From assembly GCF_001949145.1 (NCBI RefSeq), contig NW_019091358.1:3938238-4002237 (forward strand): a stretch of 64,000 nucleotides of DNA, read 5' to 3'. The translations under genes and the position numbers were made by a program. Below the pieces are notes generated by a model. It was not told the origin of the DNA. It saw only the letters and a list, made by a program, of their open reading frames with translations, and made no database searches. Source of the stretch: Acanthaster planci (Eukaryota). Positions 1 to 25,970 of this stretch are shown one piece after another. The stretch's first letter is position 1. Every line of letters begins with the position of its first letter.

Positions 1-439
1 CTAGGCCTACTTTGCAGTCCTAGCTCTAGGCCCACCAATGTAGGCTACCGTGTCTTCTGAATCATCCTGATCATCTATCTAGCATGTCTAGGCCTAGGCC
101 TAATCGGCAAAGCCTCCATCAGGAAACATCACACCAACTTTGGGTTTAGTTTGGGGCATGGAGCTAGACACGTCTACTGATACTGATCCTGTCCAAAATC
201 GAAAAAGAGGAATCCACTCAGTACAGTAGCTGGCAGTGGGGGGGGGGCTACTCTAAGAAGTATGAGTAGTGTGGGGATTCCCAATCCCTTCGAAGTCTGC
301 ACCAGCTGCCTGGCACCAGTCAAGCTGGCAAACTGTTCCCTTGAGTAAAGGCCAGAATTCCAGTATAAACCTGTATTTTAATAGGTCCTTTAAAAACACT
401 TTCCCAGGTTGTTGCCTATTTTGTCTGAGATTCTACTTT

Positions 440-662
440 AATGGGGCAGCGCGGACATCCAGGAGTTTTGCAAAATGGCAAGTAGCAACTGATGAAAACA
501 ACTGAAATGAACGTATGATCAAAGAAGTACATACTGATCAAAGAAACATTTGTGTAATCCGATCCTCTGACTGGCTGGTGCACACATGTTCCCACAGTTG
601 CTATTTTCATCGGTTACTACCTGCCATTTTGCGAGAGTTCGGTATGTCCGCACCGTCCCATT
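440..662. mobile_element. MITE-like element with ~60-bp imperfect terminal inverted repeats
   Basis: aatggggcagcgcggacatcc...gcaaaatggcaagtagcaactgatgaaaa (440-499) matches the reverse complement of ttttcatcggttactacctgccattttgcg...atgtccgcaccgtcccatt (604-662). Confidence 0.65.
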
Positions 663-1084
663 GCAGAGAGGCCCTATGTTTCTAATCTATATGGCTCTAA
701 GAATTTTCCAACTTAAATGTTAACAGGAATTTAAAAGCTCTCATGAATATTTTTTAAAAGGGAAGCAAAGTCCAAGTTAAATGTTGACGGGAATTTAATT
801 GTTCTTTTGAGGCAATACGCCTATTCATCAAAATGCTGGAATGGCATCACAGCCAGCTGGCATCATGTTGACGTACTGTACCCCAGCCCCCATATGCAGC
901 CAGAAATGAGACTGCCGAATCCACATGGTCTTCCTTGTAGCACCACTACACAGTACTGCTGCAGAACTGAGCATGCGCAATTACGAGCAAAAGTTTACAG
1001 GTATGCTGTGAAAGCATCACATATCAGCGTACGCGTAGAACAGAACACCCACACACTTTCCTCTGACATGTCTGACCCACGTGA

Positions 1085-1275
1085 AGCACCCAGTTTGTAT
1101 ACAAGTCTGTGGTGTAGCACTTTTTTGCTACACGCTGCGGCCCCCTCCTTTTACATTTTCCCGTGTAGCACTGTGTAGCACCGGGTTTGTTTATAAGTCT
1201 ATGGTGTAGCACTTTTTTGCTACACGCCGCAGCCCCTTACTTTTCTTGCGTCTTCGTCTAGCACTGTGTAGCATT
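1085..1275. repeat. Two diverged ~92-bp tandem units, each containing the hairpin GTGTAGCA-cttttt-TGCTACAC
   Basis: Identical 22-nt palindromic cores at 1112-1133 and 1204-1225; further gtgtagca copies at about 1162, 1174, 1267 and 1360. Confidence 0.75.
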
Positions 1276-1499
1276 AGTTCGCACTTGAAGGTCTGGTTCT
1301 TAGACCATCCAATGGGCTGAGCCTATATCGTATTGCATATCACCTGACTAAACATTCTGTGTAGCATGTAGCACTGCTACGCACACAGGTTCTGTCTTCT
1401 TCGGTCTCATTTCTGGCTGGGTATACCAGCCCCATGTGCCATGCTTTACATGCAGGGAACATCTAACAGGGAAAAATTGCACACTATAAGGGAACTCGC

Positions 1500-2480
1500 A
1501 AAACAAAAAAAATATAAACCAAGGATCTTTGAGGGAAGGGTCGCAGGAAACTTAATTAATAGAGACTCAAACATCATTATTTGACTTTTAAAAAAAAAAG
1601 GACACAAGAGAATTCATTTATTAAAAAGTCCCCCAAAAAATAAAAAAAACCAAAACAAAAGGACTACAAGACTAAAAGACTAAAACTTAAAAAGGACTAA
1701 AAAAACAACACAGTGTTTAAAATGGACCTTATGAGTATACACCCAGACTTCTGTAAAAACAAGAAAAGGAAAGAACACACATGTAAAAAACACAACAAAA
1801 TCTCTTGGGCATGGACTACATACTACTGGAAGTGAGAGCAGGGATTAACATGTCATAAAACTAAAACTGTGCACAGGCTTATAGGGCTCATTTAAGTATT
1901 AAAATCCCCTGGCAAGTCCAAATAAACAATCAAATAAGGAAGAGAAGACAAAGAAAGGCATGTTCTGAGGCAAGTAGATGGAAATACTTTGTATACATCA
2001 CGAATACTTAGACCACTAAAAAGAGGAAGAAAGGTAAGAAACTATAAGAAAGTCAAAGAAGTAGAGATCTAAAAGATGATATAAGCTTAGAGTGTGTTTT
2101 CTAGGCATAAAGGCTAGACAAAGTTAGGACAACTTCAGTGATTCAGAAAACTAATGGTCAGAAAGAAAATGGACAAACCTTGGCAAGAAAAGTTTAGAAA
2201 CTTGATGATATTGAGGAAAGAGGGAAAAATGAACTATATACATGAATAAGAAAAGTTTAGAAACTCACCACAAACTTCTAGCAGACTAGGGCTCAAGCAG
2301 AAAACCACACTCCAGTTAGGTGGGAAAAGTACTTGTAAGGTTGACTGATCCTTTCTGATCTGCTACACTGAGTGTGGCCAGACCATGTGGCTACATTGTA
2401 TAGGGGGAAAGCTGGTGCTTAAACAAATAAACAGGGGGTACACTACTAAAAAAAATCAAGAACTGTAAACTAAAACTAAA
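1500..2480 (+). mobile_element. Heavily decayed non-LTR retrotransposon (RTE-like LINE) fragment: endonuclease end and linker
   Basis: Very A-rich, CpG-poor tract with broken LINE-like motifs in the expected order: DFCKNKKRKEHTC (~1746-1784), MDYILL (1811-1828; cf. IDYIL) and RWEKYL (2318-2335; cf. RWKEYF). Stops and frameshifts throughout. Confidence 0.5.
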
Positions 2481-4323
2481 CATTTTTAAAGGGGAACTAC
2501 TTCTTTGTAAAAATGTGTATTTAATAACATACTCATTTCTGGTTCTGCCACACACACATCACGCGCAAAACGGACCCTACGAAGTCATGCAAAACGTATA
2601 GTTGATGTCAGTCTCTTACATACGTCTGTTGCTTGTGGATCCTGCATCCATGTAATTTTTATCACTGCGTGCAATTTTTATGGCAATATCTGCGGTTGCG
2701 CAAATTTGAAATTTGCTCTCAACATTGACATGTAATGTTAGGCCATGTCTGATGTTATAGACATGTTAACTTTGAACATCAAACTTACTGTTGTACTTGA
2801 GGCACTAGAACGGCCATTTAGTAATTTTCTCATCGGTTGGTTGTTATAACATGCAAGGTAAATACATGTACTAGGCCTAGGCTTGCTTAATTGGATTGGA
2901 ACTTCACACTAGCATTAGTGTTACAGAGTCGGAGTGTTTGCAACTTAAGCTAGGGGCCTACAAGGAATTTACTTTCTAGAACAGAAAGCCTAGACTAAGG
3001 CACAGCCATTACAGCCTGTGTGCCTGAGCTACTTCCTGAACTGTAAGATTTATACAGACCTTACAGATAGCCTTGTACAAACTCACATAAACACATTTTG
3101 GCTGTTTTTGATTGTGCCAACTTATTCTGCCATCACAGTTGCATGTATTTGTGCAACAAAATTTCACACATGCCTTCTTGGTGAAGTTAGATGTCAGATG
3201 GGGAGGATTATTCACCTTATATCCTCACTGAAATGGTGATATTCTTAAGCATGTTACCCATCCATGCCATAGAAAATCAGCGGCATGTACTGTCAATCAC
3301 TGTCAGCTGTATGACAGCTTTACCAATCGCAACATAGCTCCTATATTTTCCTTGTTTTTCTGACCCCAACAAAATGAAAGCCAAGCTATGATTGGTCATT
3401 CGAATGGAAGCAAGTTGGGCCAACCACAGTGTGGCTTTCATATGTGGATGAGAGGAAAATCAGCAAATTTCTCTTTTCTTCCCATATGCGAGTTAACCTT
3501 ACCATCATTATTGGAATCTTTGATCTCACTTAATCCTTACCTTAGCCGGGGGCATTAGACATTTTGGGGACTGTTTTGGAGGTGAATTTGGAGGATTTTG
3601 ATTAGGGGTACGACAGTGCACCAGCTATTCTGAGTGAAATGAATTAATGGAACCAAACTATATGAAAGGTTCTTGGACTCTATTATCGCCCGACCGTATC
3701 CAAATTTTAAACAATGCGATTTGTAGAGTCCAAGTTACTCGGACTAGCCTGGCCTCCAGGCTTAACATTAATGAATGTAACTGTAGGGCAAGGTCAGTTG
3801 ATTCCACTAATGCTTGATCTTTTCGCAGTCCGTGTTTCTTTTGGCCTTATTGTATGATTTTCCAATAATTCTGCCAATACTCTATCTCCTTTTCTTTCCT
3901 AACATGGAGGGTTGTTCTGAATAAGGGATGTAACGATGGTGCTGATTATCTGATTGAGCCCACTAACACCTCTGTGCATTGCCGATGGAAAGAATAATTT
4001 CATGTTATACAATGTATTCCACTCAGCTCACCTCATGCAATCGAACACCAATAATCATCTGATTGGCAAATTCTAGCAGTCAACTGACACTTCTAGAAGT
4101 CAACTTGATATTTACCATTCACCACTCTCAATATCAGAATTCAGAGGGCTACAGTTTAAATTTACAACTGCCCTACAAGTTCAGGGTTTTCACTTATGTA
4201 ATTTTAAAACTGTTGAATAAATGTTAGAACTTTTAATACACAACAAATGTTCAACGAATTTGCAAATTTCATAGACCTACATGCACTGTACTCTCATCAT
4301 TATCCAATTTTGTCTTTGTCCAG

Positions 4324-19783
<15,460 letters not shown>

Positions 19784-20736
19784 GAAAAGAGCTTATGATC
19801 GCCTAGCAGCAGGCTAACTAACAAAAATGCCATGCTTGGCATGTCAAGCAGATACTTGACACACTGTCTTGCTGTACTTCTGATACTCCAGTGACTAAAT
19901 GTACAATTTTAGATTATTGAACTAATGTGAGAGCACACTCATTCATTACAAATTTTGTGGATGCCAGGTAAGCATTCCTAGAACATGAAAAAATTTGTTT
20001 ATCCAGTAATAAAAAGAACTTTGACGAGGCCTCCATGCTTTTGCACATATGTGAAATGACATTATTTCAAACATGAAGCTTTTCCAAATGGGACAAAGTA
20101 AGATTTCCATGGATTTTTTTTCCCATGGGTGCATTTATGTGGTTGTATTTATATTTATAGCAATGGCTATGTAAATGTGCTTACCCGAGGGTGTATGTAA
20201 AATCGTATTGAAATTGGAGGATTTGGGACTGTTAGGGTTATTGAACGAAACTTTGCTATTAATTCAATTCAATTCTGTTGCTTTCAAGATAAACATGTAC
20301 GTGTAAATCTTTGTACATGTACACTGTACATTCATTTATCACCCATGTTGCATATTTAAACATATACCTGTATGTACACTATTAAGTTCCCTGTTCATGT
20401 ACTTTTATAATGGCTGTAAAACTGAGCAGTTGTCTGTCTCTATGACAAGAACTATTTTGGCAAGCAGTAATTCATCCGTCCACAAAATGTACATAATTAT
20501 ACATGTATATATTACAAAGAAACTTCAGCAGGGAAAAAACACAAGTTTCCAAGTTCATTGCAGTTTATTTCCACTTTTGACTGTTGCAAGACCAAATGTT
20601 TTAAACATTGGCTTTTTTTGTATTACCACGAATCTCTTGGTTACCTTTATCATTAATTGCATAACAGTTTGTTTTAATGATGGAAATATAGACGTGATAT
20701 TTACAGAAAACATCCAGTTGCAAATTCATGAAAGCC

Positions 20737-20742
20737 AATAAA
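20737..20742 (+). terminator. Candidate polyadenylation signal of DNAI1
   Basis: AATAAA about 950 nt after the stop, followed by a GT/T-rich tract (gtttgtgagtgg...gtgtgtgacttgccttttttttt). A more proximal AATAAA lies at 20008-20013. Confidence 0.5.
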
Positions 20743-21490
20743 AAGTTTGTGAGTGGAACTGACGAACTGGTGTGTGACTTGCCTTTTTTTTTTGGCCTTT
20801 ATAAATATTTGGGACTCTGCAGGAAAGAACCCAGCTAACTTTTCCAAAATATTACTCGAGGAACACAAAGATAAAATTAGGACATGATTGTTTCTTGGAG
20901 TGATTTTTGAATCATTTGATCATGATAGGATGGCCCCATGTGAAATCCCCATAGGCAGGCCACGCAAGGGTTCCTGCAATATGCTTGCTGTGTGATTTTT
21001 TAATTTTAAGCTATTTCTCCCATGATTTCTGCAACCAAAATATCAGAAAAATGTGCAAAACTGTATTTCAAACAAAACTGAAACAATGTTCATCAGATGT
21101 ACCAAGCAGCGGAGGCTCCTTTGGAAGTAATTGCGTATCACTGAACTCATGAAGGACTACAAAATGCAAGCAATGCAGTCGCATCACTACCAATAAAATG
21201 AGCCCTCCCGACCAATATGGCTCTTTTCAACTGATGAGGGGGTGCGCTTCTGCTCGGGGTGAATAATCAGGAGTTACACAAGTGCACTTATACACTTGAG
21301 TGTAAATGAATTTTTATCCCGGTGAATAGTGAGCACTGGGCAGTATAGTGTAGTATGAGTTTCAGATTACACTTGACATGCATACAAGATACATGTATCA
21401 AACTGGTCCAATGCACAATTGCATTTTTAGCCAGCAATGTTTATAGACAAGTGAAAATACTCCACCGTACTGGCAACATTTGTTTTTCTC

Positions 21491-22801
21491 TCATTTCTCA
21501 CTGGTCTGCTCTGTTTTATGATCCATTTTCTTTCTCTGCTTTATCTCCTCAAGAAAATTCTCAAACCAATCGTCCGTTTGCAGAATGAAACTCAGACTTT
21601 TGGGACGAAAGTTGCATTCTTCCAACTTATCAAGCCGACTCTCAATCCGTTGTAGACTGGCATTCAGAACCCTCGGATTGCGATAAATGTCAGCGGCCAC
21701 GAAACCTCTCTTGAAGAGGTAGTCACATTTGGTCTCTATGGTGTGGTCTGAGGCATTCAGGATCTTAGGCAGGCGCATCACCATGTCTAGTGACTCTTCA
21801 GAGCTGAGCGACAGACACCTCTGCATCAGCAGGAGCCGCTCGGTGATGAACCCTGTGCCAATTCTCAGGACGCTTGGGCAGAAGCGGATGATCTTGGCCA
21901 AGGAGACACCAGTGAAGCCGAGACTGATGAGGTGCTGGACGTGGTGCTCGATCTCCCCAACAGTGCGGCCAAACAGGAGGGGGTCACTCCGGATCATGTA
22001 CCTTAGCGCCGTCTCCGCGTTGCAGCTAGGGTCATGCTCCAACACCACGCGCCGCAGGCACTCTCCGATGTAACGCACACCATTCTTTCGCCGGTAGAAC
22101 AGGCTCGGGAAGTACTTCAGAAGGATGCGCAAGTTCTTGTTGGTTAGGTTCAAGCTCTGGATGTACTCCATGTTGGACCTGATCCGCGACAGCGGAGTGG
22201 CGAAAAATCGCGGCACTCGCTGGAAGATGTTCAAGATGAGGAGACCCTCCAGCCCCAAATCTTGCAGGAACTGTATGTGCTCCTGGATGTTGGTGGCATC
22301 CACTTTCAAAAGCTCTGGTGACTTCCTCAGAATGGCGACAACTTCAGCCTCACTCAAATCCAGATTCTGCAGGAAGTTGACACGGTTTTGGACATTGGAA
22401 ACATCTTCCACGAGCACCATGGGTTGGTTCTGCTGGATGAGATCACAGTCCAGTCCTAAGAAAGTCAAGTACCGCTTGGTCTCTTCATTCGGCACTGTTA
22501 CCTTCCTCCCCCTCTTGGCTTTCACCGGCAGGTCTGTGTCACTACACAACAGCCTTATAAACACCCCAGAGCTGTTCAGGCTCAAACTCAGAGGCTTCGC
22601 GACAGAACTTGATGTGCGCCAGCAAACAGTTCTGTGTCTCCCGCAGGGGCCATGAGTACCCTTCAACACAAAATTGCACCTGAAAAGACATCGTACCACA
22701 TTTTTCACATGGACCTGAAACATGGTACCATGTAGATGTGCTGCCATCATGTTGGCCATGGAGGGATGGTAGAAAAGTATGTGAATGCTTTCAATATGCA
22801 A
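21491..22801 (-). CDS. Mitochondrial transcription termination factor (mTERF) family protein; CDS in a single exon
   Basis: 436-aa ORF with a basic, Ser/Leu/Arg-rich N-terminus resembling a mitochondrial presequence. Repeated ~32-aa mTERF motifs follow (RVNFLQNLDLSEAEVVAILRKSPELL, HIQFLQDLGL..IFQRVPRFF, HLISLGFTGVSLAKIIRFCPSVL, YLFKRGF..DIYRNPRVL). A minus-strand acceptor opens the exon at 22872, implying a non-coding first exon. The true start Met and the paralog identity (MTERF1/2-like) are uncertain. Confidence 0.9.
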   Translation of the reverse strand: MHIESIHILFYHPSMANMMAAHLHGTMFQVHVKNVVRCLFRCNFVLKGTHGPCGRHRTVCWRTSSSVAKPLSLSLNSSGVFIRLLCSDTDLPVKAKRGRKVTVPNEETKRYLTFLGLDCDLIQQNQPMVLVEDVSNVQNRVNFLQNLDLSEAEVVAILRKSPELLKVDATNIQEHIQFLQDLGLEGLLILNIFQRVPRFFATPLSRIRSNMEYIQSLNLTNKNLRILLKYFPSLFYRRKNGVRYIGECLRRVVLEHDPSCNAETALRYMIRSDPLLFGRTVGEIEHHVQHLISLGFTGVSLAKIIRFCPSVLRIGTGFITERLLLMQRCLSLSSEESLDMVMRLPKILNASDHTIETKCDYLFKRGFVAADIYRNPRVLNASLQRIESRLDKLEECNFRPKSLSFILQTDDWFENFLEEIKQRKKMDHKTEQTSEK

Positions 22802-25800
22802 TCAGAAAATGTGCAGCAGGCTGAATGCTATTCATAATGGAAATTTCCACTCCAGCTGACAGTGGCTAGAACCTGTCACAAAAGACAAGAAAAATATTCA
22901 CCGAAAGTCTTGTAATGATAAAGCTCTTTGGTTATCGCATTTTGAAAATGTTACAATTGATATTCATTTTATTCATATCCCCTCTACATATTCATATTCA
23001 ATATTCATTTTATTCATATCCCCTTTATCAGTGCTCACAAACAGAAAGCCCAAGAAATTGATCAATCCTCACTGACTGCAAAACAGATGGCATAGTATTA
23101 TTTACTGCAACATTGGCAAGCACGTTGGTTCTCTATGTACATGAACTTGTATGACTGTACACTAAACTCATCCAAGATTGGCTCAATGCTTGCCAGGCCT
23201 GGCTTTTTAAACAAAAGCAGCTGCATAATCTCACTAAATACGAATGATGGGCATGATCAGTTGATCTGCAAGACTGATCTAGAAAGGGGGTTGGGAGGGT
23301 TGCAACCCCCGTTAGCCATGGCACTACCACTGAAATGATGGAAAATGAGTAGGCCTATCCAAAAAAATTAATTAATCCTAGACGAGGATTGCGCCATCCA
23401 TCTGTCCATCTATAGTTGAACAATTACATTGATTTCAGGTGGATCCCCTTAGCAGGACATCCCTTAAAGACCAACTCCAACAGTTTGAAAAGTTTGGAAA
23501 ATAAACTATTACAATGTATTGTATTAAGTGTGTAATAAATTTACCAAATCATGTCTGCATCTGTATTTTTTGTGATTTTGCCAAAGCTTTTGACTGGTGT
23601 CTTTGGAGTTTGTGAAAACTTTCCACGATGTGACTGCTGGCAGTGCAGTTGAGAAACGAAATTTATATGATGTAATACCAGAGAAAACATTGCAACTGGT
23701 ATTCGTGGCATGACCTACAAACGTATGTGTACATGAACATGGAGCTATATGTGTGAGCACTGCATACCGAGGATCCATCTCTGTGCCGGGTCTACTGTGC
23801 CACATTATCTCTTTTCCGAAACCATGCATCATTGGTGGATGTACTAGAAATACTGCAAAAGAACCAGGATTGAAATTCTTTGAGTTTCTGAAAAATGAGA
23901 GCATTCTTCAAGTTTTTGCAGTTGTCCGGGGCTAAGTATGCCTATAGCGCACATACACTGTGGTATTTCCTCTCCATGGAAATACATCATAGAAATCGAT
24001 ATTCATTAGATGCTAATGAGTCGTGATGACATGTTAATTTTTACAACACTGGACTGGACTCCCAGGAAAAGTGGGTACAAAAACTCTGCTTTATTAACAC
24101 AGAATCGTGTACATGTATTGCAAGGGACATATTGATATGTGCCACTTTTATTAGACTTGGCCCTTCTGACTAGGATGCAATATGAGAAAAATTAGCATTA
24201 CTGGAGTTGGTCTTTCAGTATGTCCATCACCCCCCTCCCCCATTTCCTGAAAGCTAGATCTGTCCCTGTTATTGTAGGATTTTCTGACAATAATTCTACC
24301 AATCTCTTCTTATTAGAAGTTGTGGAAGATTATTTTGTGAAAAAGGAAATGAAGTCAGAGATTTTATACACAATAGACTGATAGCGCAATGCAATTGTGC
24401 GATTGTGCTGATCACACCAAACCCCAAAATGCCAACAGCCATGGAAGCCATGAAAGCCAAGGCCTAACATTTGTTTTCTATGTTCAATACTCTGGGAGAA
24501 ATCACTCTACAGAGTCTAATGCCAATATGGGTCTTACTAATTACCGCTGACACACCGTCAACACACGACAGTAACGTCAACACAGCGTCAACTTCCCGAA
24601 AATACAAGTTCAATCTACAAAAGGGGCGTAGAAGTGTAATACTTGGGTTGAAAGAGAATTTCCGGTAGTTGGAGGTCACAAATCAATTTTCAAAATGGAG
24701 TTTTTTTCACACACAAAAAAATGATCTCTAGCAGCGTAGCTAATCACTGCCATCTTGCTTCCTCATGCAGCATGGACTGTACCATTTGGTGTGGATATGC
24801 TGTAAATTAAAATACTTTTTAAGAGAGAAAAAATCAATGTAGCAGAAACAACATCATAGATTTTATTTAACACAGTTTTTGTCAAAATATGAAAAGGGAC
24901 AATTTCTCAATCTTAAGAAAATAAAAATATAGTAACTTAAAGGAAAAGGCATCGTTTCTTTAAATATAATAATATCACCACCCTTCTAGCATCATTATAT
25001 GGTCCCAGTTGCCCTAGAGGCAACATGACTGCTGATTTCTGAGCTGGTTCGACCAAATTAAAACGGCAAGTTTCCTGAGTCTAACCTATTGAGGTTTAGC
25101 CAAAATATCTTTTTGGCTGACACTTTACAGTTGACTCACTGTTGAGTACTGCTTCTTTTGATTTCTAACATGTTTTAAAGGTTTGGACGCTTTGTTGATG
25201 GTGTGTTGACAGTCCGCTGCGTGTTGACGGTAATTAGTATGACCGGCTAATAGTCGTGGGTGGTTTTGCACAATGCCTTTCTACCATTGTGCAAAATCAC
25301 TCATGCGGCAGGCTATTCAAATATTGACCCATCTGCATGAGCCATGTGACTTGGTCAAAACTAGATTAGATTCAACACTTTGTCAGGACTCTGTCGATAA
25401 GGTTTAACGTCAGGGTATTTCTGGATTCTGGTATGTTCATATAAGCACGGAGGAATAAAACACATTAGTTAGCATGTTCAGTGCCAAACGTCTAGGCTTA
25501 TGCATGGCTTACGCAAACGCATGTCCCATTATAGGCATGCCCGGTTAACGGTTTCCGGTTGGTCAGGAAACTGGGCATGCGACACTTAATAATTTGAGGC
25601 TTAGGCCTAGGTATTTTTGAAGATGTAATTTTTTTTTCGGACACCGCTCACATGAACATGTACTCCTACTTCACAGACAGGCGTCTTGGACTGGTGGTGG
25701 CAAAATTCTGGAAACTGATGGCGTTGGACTGTGGATGAGGCCCAGCTTGCTACCCAGACACGCCAGAATCCTAAACAAGCCTACATGTATTTTTGCGCCT

Positions 25801-25955
25801 GTAGAGGGCGTTCGTGCATTATACGCGCACGTGGGAATTTTTTTTGGGGGGGGGAATACGAAACGGGTGGGTACGGTTAAAAAAAAAAACGGCGTCCGAA
25901 TTCGCGACTAGTATTTGCGCGTCGAAGTAACTTCAGGGTCCAGACCAGTAAATAA

Positions 25956-25970
25956 GTTGCCATAGACAAC
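25956..25970. promoter_or_regulatory. RFX X-box-like site within a CpG-rich patch
   Basis: GTTGCCATAGACAAC resembles the X-box consensus GTTGCCATGGCAAC; CpG-dense 25790-25925 lies just upstream. Confidence 0.35.

Noticed and set aside
1085..1275. CRISPR-like palindromic repeat with spacer
   Set aside because: Eukaryotic context, only two units, the spacers are homologous to each other, and there are no cas genes.
20564..20742. Possible overlap of the convergent DNAI1 and mTERF 3' UTRs (opposed AATAAA at 20564 on - and 20737 on +)
   Set aside because: Such hexamers are common in AT-rich DNA and other candidate signals exist; not decidable without 3'-end data.
21729..22655. Plus-strand ORFs of 114 and 176 aa
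   Set aside because: Antisense shadows of the mTERF CDS with no independent motifs.
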